From NCBI GenBank assembly GCA_964188305.1, contig OZ076888.1: a stretch of DNA of 64,000 bases, one strand, 5' to 3'. The first letter of the stretch is position 1; each line of letters opens with the position of its first letter. The stretch is from Podarcis bocagei (Eukaryota). Under the pieces are notes generated by a model. The model worked only from the letters and a program-made list of their open reading frames with translations. It searched no databases and was not told the DNA's origin. Shown one piece after another: positions 34,816-46,177 of the stretch. Both the position numbers and the translations under genes were made by a program.

Positions 34816-35886
34816 GTAAAATTCATAGTTTGGAAAAGAGGCTTTAGGTTGCTGCTGAAATAGAATAGTCAAATTTCCTTGCCATTACACCGTTATGAAA
34901 GACATATTCTTTCACCCATTGTGAAAGATATATTCATCTGGTGACCTCCCACTACTTTCTGCCTTTAGACAGCCCATGGCTTGCTCATTTGTGTGCAGTT
35001 GTGGCTTGTCACTGCTAGGAGTCACTGTGACGATTTCTAAACACTTAATAAGCTTAACCCAAGATACCTAGGAGGCTTTACACAGCTCATTCTCATCTCC
35101 CTTCATGGAACACAGCAGTTAAACCTTGAAGTTGCCAATTAAGCATAGTTTCCTGTATCACCTGAGCTGGGAAACTACAGTTACCAGTTTTAGAACAAGG
35201 CAGGCTCTGAAGCCAACTTCAAAGCATTGTTAAAATCCTAGTTGGTTTTGAACCTGGCAACTGTGATTTCCCAGTGATGAAGCAGAAATTGTGCTTAATT
35301 GAATATTTTCTGAGTATAACTCCTGTGTGCTACAAAGGAAGAAGAAGGAGAGCATAAGCAGGCAAAAAGCTCCCACATGTCTCATTTTAATAAACCCAAG
35401 TTATAATTGCCCAAATATTATCATAGTCTTAGATTACCAAGACTGAAAGAGCTAGCCTTTTTCTTTTTTCTTTTTTTGCAAATTTGCCTGGTTTAATGAT
35501 ACAATGTTAAAGACATAGAATCGTGGTTAATATAAATGCTAATTCTACTGATTCTCTTTAAATGTAAAGCCTCAAATTAGATTCATTGCCCATCTCGTTT
35601 TAGTTAGGAATTTAAAAATGAGGAGGGGGTGGGTAGAAAAATAATTTGTTCTATGAGTAATGTTTGCTTGACTGGAAAACAAGCAGAATATGAAAGTATT
35701 TGTGTCCAGGTGCACCTTCCAAGACCAGAGACTTTGATCAGTGTGTCTGAGGCAAATTTCAGTACCCTCAGTGAAACACATACCTATTCAGATTTATCCA
35801 GTTTTGAGGAAAATGTGTGGAAAACAGTAGAAGATAATCAAGTACGCATTTAAGAACTGGAATGTCCTGCATTGACTGTTTTCCAG

Positions 35887-36102
35887 CAAAGGCGTCAACA
35901 GCGTGAACTAATGAAAGCCCTCCAGCAGCAACAGCAACAGCAGCAACAGCAACAAAAACTGTCTGGCTGGGGAAATGTTGCCAAACCTGCCGGTACTACA
36001 AAATCCCTCTTGGAGATACAGCAGGAGGAGGCAAGGCAGATGCAGAAGCAGCAACAGCAGCAGCACCAGCAACAGCAAAGCAGATCCCGCAGCAGCACTA
36101 CA
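35887..36102 (+). CDS. GIGYF2: GIGYF2 coding exon (polyQ)
   Basis: ccag|CAA AGG...ACA|gtgagt; QRRQQRELMKALQ(n)KLSGWGNVAKP...KSLLEIQQEE. Confidence 0.94.
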
Positions 36103-36119
36103 GTGAGTACAGCTCCTGC

Positions 36120-36168
<49 letters not shown>
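36120..36168. repeat. (AAT)16 microsatellite in a 147-nt GIGYF2 intron
   Basis: Seen directly. Confidence 0.95.
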
Positions 36169-36249
36169 CTTGTTGAAGTCAAAACTTTATTTGTATCGCT
36201 TTTCCTCTATTGGTGATAATAAACAGTATCTCCATTACTGTTGTTCCAG

Positions 36250-36458
36250 CAACATTCTAATCTGCACACCAGCGTTGGCAATTCAGTATGGGGCTCTCTA
36301 AACACGAATCCTAGCAGCCAGTGGGCATCAGACCTTGTCAGCAGCATTTGGAGCAATGCTGATACAAAAAACTCAAACATGGGATTCTGGGACGATGCAG
36401 TCAAAGAAGTTGGACCTCGTAACGCAACCAATAAAAACAAGAGCAATGCTAGCATCAG
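36250..36458 (+). CDS. GIGYF2: GIGYF2 coding exon
   Basis: ccag|CAA CAT...ATC AG|gtagg; HSNLHTSVGNSVWGS...MGFWDDAVKEVGPRN. Confidence 0.94.
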
Positions 36459-36890
36459 GTAGGAACTGGGATGCAGTGAGCTTCCCTTCAATTCATTGTA
36501 GAGGCTCAGGCCTGTTGCAGGCCCTCTAAATCATTCTGTTGTAGCCTTTGCCAACCTTGTGCCCTCCATATGTCTTGGCTACACCATCCCTGACCATTGG
36601 CCTTGCTGATTGGGACAGATGGGAATTGTCACCCAAAACATCTGGAGTCTTGTGGATGGAACCTTTCCACCAAACCCTGCAGTGTGCTGTATCAGTGCAG
36701 CCAGGATTTCTGGTTCCATTCCTTCTGTTTTCTGTTAGCTCCCATCTCAGTATACTTTCATATTTGTGATTTTGACAGAAGGCAGAAACGTTTGTGAAGC
36801 TGCTTGAATTTTCTAGTCTTGTATACTTTGCATGTTTTTTCCTGGTAACCCGTGTCTCTTCCTCACACACTGCCTTTTTGCCTGTCTTAG

Positions 36891-37045
36891 TAAATCTATA
36901 GGTGTTACAAGCAGGCAGAATAAGAAGGTGGAAGAAGAAGAAAAGTTGCTAAAGCTGTTCCAGGGGGTTAATAAAGCCCAGGATGGATTCACTCAATGGT
37001 GTGAACAAATGCTTCATGCACTCAACACAGCCAACAACTTGGATG
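36891..37045 (+). CDS. GIGYF2: GIGYF2 coding exon
   Basis: ttag|T AAA...GAT G|gtaag; KKVEEEEKLLKLFQGVNKAQDGFTQWCEQML. Confidence 0.95.
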
Positions 37046-37573
37046 GTAAGCAGTGAAAAAGGAGTGTGAAAGTTTCAGTCTAACACATTGAGAAACTGCA
37101 TCATAGCTGCACATTATCATGTGATGCATTACTTCCCATTGTCCAAAATTTTATTTAGAAGCATTAAGGAAGATGGGGAAATTGCAAAAGGTTTGGTATC
37201 CCCAGTATTCTTGGGAAATATTTAAAATTCCTGATTTTACACAGATCAGGGCTGATGCTAAAGTTAATATTTTCTTTCCTGTTAAGTTGTACCATAAGGC
37301 ATACACCATTGCTAAAAAGTTAGATTAAATAGGAAATGATCATTAGGAATCCAGCAGAGACTGTTGTCTTAGTGAGGAAATTAATTCATCCCATATCTCA
37401 GTGAATAAGGAGAAAGGGCTCTCTGTTTTCTTGCAGGTAAAAATAATACCGTATTACATAAAGTTTGTAAGGAAATGTATGATATTGAAAAGCTCTGGAT
37501 TTATTTATTTTTTTGCTTATGCACCTATAGGCTTTGTAAGTATCTCGTGATTTGTCTTCCTTTCCGGCTGCAG

Positions 37574-37734
37574 TTCCCACGTTTGTGTCCTTCTTGAAGG
37601 AAGTAGAATCTCCATACGAGGTCCATGATTACATCAGAGCCTACCTTGGAGATACCCCTGAAGCCAAGGAATTTGCCAAGCAGTTTCTTGAGCGCCGTGC
37701 CAAACAAAAAGCCAACCAACAGCGGCAGCAACAG
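37574..37734 (+). CDS. GIGYF2: GIGYF2 coding exon
   Basis: gcag|TT CCC...CAG|gttcgt; VPTFVSFLKEVESPYEVHDYIRAYLGD...QQRQQQQ. Confidence 0.94.
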
Positions 37735-38687
37735 GTTCGTGCTTCTGTCTTTGGAGAATATTTGCAAGCGAATTTCTGTGATTACTGGAGAAAACAGATC
37801 TGTCTGTCTGGTTGATGTAGAGTTTAGCAATCTGTTTTGAAACGAGGACAAGCTTCACTATGGAATGGCTTACAACTGGGGCAGGGAACTCCTGGCTCAT
37901 AGACTGGATGCATCCTAAAATACAAAATGCCCTTCCATGAAATGCTGTGGGCACTCCTGTTGAAAGATTGCCATGTGTACTATCACTGTGACTGTTGTCT
38001 CTTTCTCACATGCCCTCTTCTCTCTCACTGCAACTTGACTGAATAAATTTCTTCTTCCAGTCCATCCCATGTTCTGACCTGAATTTTAGAATCCCAGGAA
38101 TTCTGATGAAGGGAGCTATTCTGAGTACCTGGCATGATTCAAAGCAAGGGATGGGGGTGGAGAGATCACTGAGTTGGGGGAAACTCCGGAAATAGCAAAA
38201 TTTCCCCTAGGCATGGTAGGCTGGGCAAAAATTTGCAGGGGAGGGGGCATGTTGTTTGACTGAGGTAAGTTGCACTCAAGGGTGCCTGAGAAAAGCAAGT
38301 GGTACTGGCTGAATGACAAAACAGGCTACTAAGAAGCTATTTGCTCTTCTTTTTGGATCCTTCCAGTGAAACCTAAATTCAGTCTCTCAGGGCAGACTGA
38401 TGCTCCAGATGGCCACTTCAAAATGTTAGGCAACCACCTCAGAAACAACAACTATCTAATCATCAGGACAAAAACTCTCTCCCTATGACAGTGCACTCCT
38501 AGATAAGCTTACTTGCCTAGGATTGTGGCCTTAATGTTTATATACAATGCAGTCCTAAGCATATTTATTTGAAAGCAAGTCACCTTATGGTCAATTAAAC
38601 TTACTGCCTAGTAAATGAGTGTAGCATAGGGCAGGGAGGGCGGTACAGGGAATGTGGGATGGGATGGAGTGAGGGGTGAGGTGGCAT

Positions 38688-38690
<3 letters not shown>

Positions 38691-38720
<30 letters not shown>
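38691..38720. repeat. (AG)15 microsatellite
   Basis: Seen directly. Confidence 0.95.
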
Positions 38721-38722
<2 letters not shown>

Positions 38723-39321
38723 GCAATGCTGAAACTCCACTCGGTTGTTGGAATTAAAGGCTTTATTCCAAACTTCAGTACAGTGTCCAAACATAAGTTG
38801 CAAAGGCAGGAAGCACAGCAGAGTTCTAGACACAAGGTTAGACTTAAACTAAGACGTTGACCCAACAACTGAGATGCCCCTGAACTCTCCTTCTGAAGAG
38901 CGGGACAGGTACCTTCATTTGTGTGATCGATGTACCAAGGCTGGGAATGGGCATGCAAGCAATCCTCCAAGTGGGCTGAACGTGTGAAGTCTGTTTGTGC
39001 CAGCACAGTTGTCTCCATGTTCTTGGTTTATGGAAACAGAGATGATTGAGCCAATTCACCATCAGATGTGTTGCTCTGCACTGCCCCTGAAAGGGATGAC
39101 TCTTCAGTGGTGCCAGAGCCCTCATCAACCAAGCACTTGGGGTGTCCAGTGGCACTGAAGTGGGGCGTTCTCCTGCCAACCCACTTGGATCTCCTGGGTC
39201 CTCATCACCATCTCTCAATCCACTGGGTCCGCCCCCAGGGTCAGACTGCACCAAATTCCCAATCTCTTTCCATTCCCCATCAGACCACTCCCTCTAAGAC
39301 ATCTCCAAGGGGCTTGTGACA
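38720..39321 (-). mobile_element. Possible solo LTR
   Basis: Minus strand begins TGTCAC at 39321 and has AATAAA about 45 nt from the other end; ~600 bp. No TSD can be verified because an (AG)n tract abuts it. Confidence 0.3.
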
Positions 39322-39603
39322 AGGCCCTTCATAGAGAGAAGATTTCTCACCCCTTGCTTATTAGACAGCTATTGTGTTGTATGTGCAGCTGACCTTAAAA
39401 TCTTCTGTAAGTAACGTAGAATAGGGGTATGAGAGTGAGGGTGTGTTCAGGTAATTAACAGAGATATCAGCGAATGTGCTAAACAGAAATGTTACTGGTC
39501 TACTGCCTATGATTGGGACAGTGAATCATTGTTATTTTTCTACTCTTACTGAGTGCACAAGGCATGATTCCAGCTTGTAATACGTTATTTATTTGTGTTC
39601 CAG

Positions 39604-39751
39604 GATTCTGTGTGGGGGATGAACCACAGTTCACTGCATTCGGTCTTTCAGACTAATCAGAGCAACAACCAGCAATCCAACTTTGAGGCAGTGCAGAGTG
39701 GTAAAAAGAAGAAGAAACAAAAAATGGTTCGAGCAGATCCCAGCTTGTTAG
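39604..39751 (+). CDS. GIGYF2: GIGYF2 penultimate coding exon (GC donor)
   Basis: ccag|GAT TCT...TTA G|gcaagt; DSVWGMNHSSLHSVFQ...GKKKKKQKMVRADPSLL. Confidence 0.93.
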
Positions 39752-40345
39752 GCAAGTTTTGTGGTACATTAAATAAATGGGGCAAGAGTCAGAAGGGGAA
39801 AATAAAAGCTAGGATTCCAGAATCAGGGATGGCTGCTGGGTGCTTTCTTCCCCTCTTGGAGCTGTAGCCAGATTTAGGTGTTGCCTGGACATCACCACTC
39901 CAGCTCTTACCTCTGCTTGCCCCATCATTAGTTAGTTCCATTCACACTCAGATATGTGGGGGAAGACAGGCTAGTAAGTGCTGAAGGTTTTGTGCGTTCC
40001 TGTCAGTCTATTTTAATATTGAGTACTAGCCCTCCCCTTTGCTCGTTTCTCTCTTGTTTCTCAAATTGCTAGGAAATGGTTAGCAGATTTATAAAAGACG
40101 AACATTTCTTCAATATTTGTGTATAACTTGGGGGTTTATTGGGAAGATTACTCACTCATGCTTTTATTGTGTAAATATACTTAAAGCAGGAGCTGAAAGC
40201 AGTCAAAAAAATAGCTGGATTGATGGCAGGTGCTGCCTTCAATATTGTCTTTAATATATGTGGATTACTTTATGAAGACATGTAAGATCTGGGAATAAGC
40301 TGTACACATCTGTGCACTAAGAAATCTGTCTGTCTTGTTTTGCAG

Positions 40346-40413
40346 GTTTCTCTGTCAATGCCTCTTCAGAGCGGCTCAACATGGGAGAAATAGAGACTTT
40401 GGATGACTACTGA
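40346..40413 (+). CDS. GIGYF2: GIGYF2 last coding exon
   Basis: gcag|GT TTC...TAC TGA; GFSVNASSERLNMGEIETLDDY*, the conserved C-terminus. Confidence 0.95.
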
Positions 40414-42050
40414 GTATATGCAACTCGCCTGGCTTTTCCTGTGTCCTGTTAACCATGCATTCTCCACTGCTGGACAGAGTCTTTTCTATCTGCTGCAGTC
40501 ATCTTTGCCTTGCAAATGGATCACAGAATCAAATCATCTCAGGCTGCTATTTCTAGCCTCAACCAAGCCCTTTTCTGCCCAGGATTGCACAACCACCTTC
40601 ATTTTTATCAGCCTCTGGTTCTCTCTTCTGGATAGGGGGGAAAGAAGATTTATATATGAGGCCGAGTGCAAATCACGGTGCTGTGATTTCTTCTCCCAAG
40701 CTATTTGTAAAGCCATTTGGAGGTCTACATATGGTAGCTTCCTTTCCTTCTCTTGTCATTCTCGTCACATTTAACTGGTGCAATCATAGTGGAGAGCTCA
40801 TGGTTAACAGATGTAATTCAGAACCAAAATGCCACGCAGATACTGACTTCCATGCTCCATCAGGGCAAAAGATGCCTTCCGAACCAGGAAGTGCATTCAT
40901 AACTGTAGAACTGGCAACAGCAGGGAATGGTGGTGGTGGGCAGCATTCAGCTTGGATTGGTTTGGCAATGCACATCCCTGCCAGGCCTTCTTCAGCACAT
41001 TGAATTTGGAGGAGTTCAAGTCTGTCTTCATTGGGTAGTGATGTCAAAGATGCTGGAGTTCATGCTTCAGCACACTCCAGCCTTCCTGAACAATTGGGGA
41101 CTCAAATTGTGGGAGGAGGCACACATCTTTTCCTTCAGGCTGATTTTCTCCTTTAATTATACTTCCTCCAAAGTGATTGGGCCAGTTATTTTGGACCCTT
41201 CTGCTGTGAATTTGTCTCGTTTCAGAGACGCATAGGATCTTTACCATATGTATCTTCACCAGTTGGTTTTTTGGTGGGAGTTGACACTACCTTTGGAACC
41301 TGAAACCGAGCCAGATTTCATCTGGTCACACGTGATGGTGGTTCAGAGTTTTGTAAGTTCTGCAGCAGCATTAACGCCAAGGAACAGGGAGCTGTCGTCT
41401 TGAAAGTGAAATAAATGAGGCAAGGAATCTGAGCATTGGCAGAGTCTCTTTATAAAAATCACATGGAGGGGGATAAAGCGAGGTGTGCTGGTTTTTACAG
41501 TATAGTACACTCTCCCATTACTTCCAATCCATTGTGCTTATATATTTATGTAATCCACCTTCTCCATTCCTTACCCCAGAATGTTAAAAAGTCTGAAGTG
41601 GCCATTGCACTTAGTTCTAAACCCCCACTCTCCACGCTCCCACTTGCACAGGGCTGCAATGTGCCCACGGAAGTTGCGCTGCTGTATGAAGACCTTGGTC
41701 TGCCATCATCGCCTGAAGAAGACAACTGAAGTTGCTCCAGAGCAGATTAATTTAGATTTTATTTCTTTTGATTTTCTTCTCTCTTACCCCTTTCCCCCCA
41801 CCCCCAACGTGTACAGTAACTCTTACAGAGACAGCTGCAGATTTGTATATAGTTTTTGGATCTGGTAGCTCAGTGAGGCTAGGTGCTGTCACAGATCTGG
41901 TCTCCTGATCTCCTTTGCTTTGTAAACTTACAAAGGGGGGAAGGGGGTAGTTAATGTTTACAGAACTTTAAATTCCCTCGGAACTCTTGCTAGTATGGGG
42001 GTAATAAAAAAGAAGAGAGAACTTAAATAAAACCTGGTTGTATTAATACC
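40414..42050 (+). other. GIGYF2: Probable GIGYF2 3' UTR with tandem poly(A) signals
   Basis: No recognisable repeat in about 1.6 kb after the stop. AATAAA at 42003 and about 42026, followed by GT/T-rich sequence at about 42061. End approximate. Confidence 0.55.
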
Positions 42051-45000
42051 TGAGCACACATTGTTTGCTTTTGTCAAAGCCAGCTTTGGCAATCCTTTCC
42101 GGTGCTAAACTTGACCTGGAACTCTACCAGTGCCTGTTCCATCAAGTAACAATCAAGTACACAGGACATGGAGGGACAGCAGCTGCTTTATTTCATACCC
42201 CTGGAGGAATGTTGGTGGTTTTGCTACTTGATAATTTTAGAGGTGAAAATAAACATCAGTTAAGTTGAGATTGGAAATGTTCGACAAATCTTCACTCTTC
42301 CCTTCTTTCATCTGCAGACACATACCCATTCATGTTCTTGTGTTGTTTATGCAAGAGGACTAAGCCTGGCTAGTTCTTTTTTAAGCTGTAAACATGTAAA
42401 AAAAAACCATTAATAAGCCCACTGTGAACAAAACAGCAAGTGCTATACCAACCCCAACATTTTTTACTTTTTTGCAAACCAAAGCAATGGTTCTGTAACC
42501 CAAGCTGAGAATACACTGGCCTTTAGGGACAGAGGGGATTTTATGTGGCTCTTAAATATAGACATAGGCAGCTTGTTTCACATTTTTCCAAGAATAGTTT
42601 TCATTGCTTCTTTTTTGTTTTCAAAATAATTACACTGAAATATGACGATGGGGTGAAGGAAATGATCAGTGACCCAAACCAAATGAAATTGATCAACCCC
42701 TAAGTGTCAGGCTTCCTATAAAACATTTTAGATTTCTCACCTGTATATTTTTCTTCTCTTCCCCTCCAGTAGTTATAAGTTTACAACTGAACATCTGTCT
42801 TGGTCATCTATTTCTTAGAAAACCATTGAAGTGTAGCTTACTTTGTACCATACCTGAGAACAAGGCCCTGCTCTAGTAGCCACATTTTGTTTACTTGGAT
42901 AGGAATAATTTTGGGCTGTAGAATAATTTAAAATTTATGCTAAATCAAATTTATTCTAGTAAAACTTTGCAGCAGGGTGGGAGATTGTAGGTAAGAACAC
43001 AAATGTGCCTTATTGCAAGACCTTTTTCGTACATAAAGCATCCTGTAATGTAAATGCATGGACATGTAGTAAGTTGTTTGGGTGAGCAGCTTCTCATGGG
43101 ATTTGAGCAGTTTTTAAGCATCCAGAGCAACCCTTCCTTTCAGGGTATCTACAGTGACATGGTTAAAACCAACCAAATATGGTCAGCTGCTAATGCAAGT
43201 ACCTTAACATGCTGAGCTGAGCTGAGCTTTACACATAGTTGTATTACAGGCGATTCCCTCCTAGGTCTCCAACACTGAGGAATTGAACTCAACAATTTTG
43301 TAGGATTGCTATTGCTCACACACATGCACAGCCTCTGCCATGATGGAATGGTATCACAATAAATGAATAGCTTTTTCAGAAGTATCACTTTGCTGTAAAA
43401 AAAAGAAAAGAATGGTCTGTGTCACATTTGTTGACATTTTAGAAAGGATGGGTATGTGGTAATTTTGTTTGCTGATGTTGGTCTGGAGTCAATCAGTTAC
43501 CAAGTGGTAATTTACCACAATGTGAATAAAATCACTTGGGAGGCAAGGTATCATGGTTTCAGATTACCATTTGCCTTTCAATAATTTAAGCAACCATTTA
43601 AGTGCATTGTTTTGTCACTTAACATTTTCTCAAGCAAAACTTGTAAGCTGCTTTGAGTACACATTAATGTAGAAAATTGGGGTATAGATTATATAAAACC
43701 CCAGTGTACATGTAGCCACTTGGAACACTTTGTATTGTCTTGTCCAATGATGGTGTTGGTTGGAATTGTACTGTATTTCTGCCCCTGAAATCCGTGGAAA
43801 TGGGAATGACAAGTTTCTCCTTACCATTGGAGAGGACAGTGCAGCTTACTGTTGGTGGTCATATGCACAGTCTAGGCAAATGGTTGTCTGTGCACGCCCA
43901 TCTATAGTGTACTGACTGTGTTAAAGATTTGCTTCATGGTAACTTAATGCAACGGTGTTGTGCATGGGAACAGCTTCATAAATCAAGACATTCTTACTGT
44001 GCTGCCAAGTGGTGGGGAAAACCTCACCACTCCCCTGCTGCCTTGAATTTCAGATTAGGTTCAGAAATGCAAGATTATCCTCACTACTTTGCAGGGCATT
44101 GTTGGCTGGCTTACCACATGGTTTTGTCCAAAGGGTAAGATAAAAAAATCACTTCAAATTGTTTGTTGAAAGTACCATGTTATGTGCAGATGTGACCATT
44201 TGACAAGGCAATACAGTCTACCAAATACAACACAGGCTTGCCAAAGTGGCTCCATACACAAAATGGAAAGTTATAATTTGGCGAATGTCCATCTATGTTT
44301 AAATTAATAGCTCTGTTCATTCCCAATGTGGTTTCAAACTGTTGTGTGCATTGGAAAGGTATAATGGTATTCCTGTGAAATACATAAGAGTAAAATGAGG
44401 TGCACTAGATACTATTCAATCTCAGGATTTAAGAAAACCATATTCCTGTTAATTTGGCATGCAAATTTAATGGAAAACATTTTCACAGTCTCTGCAAAAT
44501 TCTATTTTGTAGCATAACCCAGAAAAGCCATCCCAAAAGTTCATATGTGACACAGTGCAGAGTATTCTGATTGACAGGCTCAGTGCACATAATTATCCTA
44601 TCAGAAAATAAGTTTTGATTGATGGAAAGAACCGTAGACATCTGTCACCATCCAAAAATTCTCCCAGTCACACTACTTCTTCATTGTACTGCAATGTGCA
44701 ACTTTTATTACAATCCAATACTTGATTATGAAACAAACTGCACAATTTGGGTTTAATATAATAGTACTGTTGCTTCAAAAGGGGCTGGCAGCCTCTTAAA
44801 GAACAAGCTGGAACTCTATATATCATCAATGAGTTTGTAGTAAATATAAATAATGAAGTAAATACTGACTTTTCTAAAAGCTGCCCGATGTGGTTTCCCA
44901 TCTACAAAGATACCTCTAAACAACAGTTTAGAACCAATTATGTTTTCACAACTATAGCAGGTAAAGTTATAATGTGGTTGCAGATTGGTTCTTGATTTCT

Positions 45001-46104
45001 CTCTCTTTCCCCATCCCCTTATTTCAAAAATGAAAAGTGACTGCAGTTGCCAAGGGAAAGAAAACCATTTGAATCGTTAGCTTGTTTTTCCATTAAAATG
45101 CTCTGAGCAAAGATGTTTATGTTGCAGTTTGAATGTAAACTTTAGGACAAACTTATTCATTGCTGCTAAGGATTTCAAAGTGCCCAACTACTATTGGATG
45201 CTTTGAGATCACATGTAAACTGGGCACTGTAGCTATTCAAACCTGAAGTGGTTTGTCTCTGGAAATGTCCCCGTCTCTATATTTTAAGTGTTCATTCAAT
45301 AAGAAATACTTAATCAGTGGTTCTTCACTTCAAAGTGAATGTGTGTGATCATTAGCCTATCAGTATCTCAAAGCAACAGTGAGTGATCTCTGAAATCTTC
45401 AAGTCTTTGTTCAAATATTTCCATGTCTCTGGCTGAAGAAACTGTTCAGTTGTTTGTTTCAGTTGCATCAGAGGAGAGTTAAATCAATTGGAATTTCATA
45501 AAATGCAGCAAATATCAGTTGTTTTCACCCCAGTTTGCCTTGAGAGTGTGTTAGTGTTCAGTTGGACACTTCCGATAACCCAAAAGGTTTTGTGGTCATC
45601 ATTATCCCCCAGTTAAATGTTGGGCTGAATACTTGCAGGATGTATGCTACAGCTTATCCAAATATGTGTCTGCTTCGGGTTTAGAATTTTAATGAATGCT
45701 GTTATTCACCACTGTCCTTAACATATGGTGATGTTAGATGTGTACGCCAGTTGTTAGAAACCCGGTGCAGTCCTTGGCGCCTTTTGGGTTTTGCAGCTAA
45801 CTGCCAGAGGGTGTGGGCTTTGCTCTGGTGGGGAGGGTTGGTTTCCAAGGACCAACGGTAGAATTTGGGGTGGGGTGGGGGGTGGAAGACAACATGGGTG
45901 GAGCTGCCTTCTGGCATGAAGAGGTAGGTCTGTCTGAATCTCTGTGTGTGAATGAGCTGAGCCTCTGCAGAGTATTTGCAATTCTCTGTCGTACACACAT
46001 GTGAAAAGGCTTGAGAGCTAATTGGACAAGGTTTTCATTAGCTCCAGGAAAAGTTGCTTCCTCATTAAAGGCTTCAGAGAGTCTGAGCATTCCCGAAGGA
46101 GGCA

Positions 46105-46177
46105 ATGCCCCACACCAAGGTCCTTCGTCTCATCCTGCTGACACTGTCTGGAGTTCTGGTCCCTTTTGTGGAAACAG
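46105..46177 (+). CDS. SNORC: SNORC (C2orf82) exon 1, signal peptide
   Basis: gcaATG; MPHTKVLRLILLTLSGVLVPFVET then G|gtaagt. Resembles the mammalian SNORC leader (LLLVSGVLAP); phase 1 matches exon 2. Confidence 0.85.

Noticed and set aside
36103-36249. In-frame poly-Asn extension of the GIGYF2 polyQ exon
   Set aside because: It is the intronic (AAT)n read past a consensus donor (gtgagt); the frame stops at 36214-36216.
40403-40774. 123-aa ORF overlapping the GIGYF2 stop codon
   Set aside because: Out-of-frame ATG inside the last codons, no recognisable domain; consistent with a chance 3' UTR ORF.
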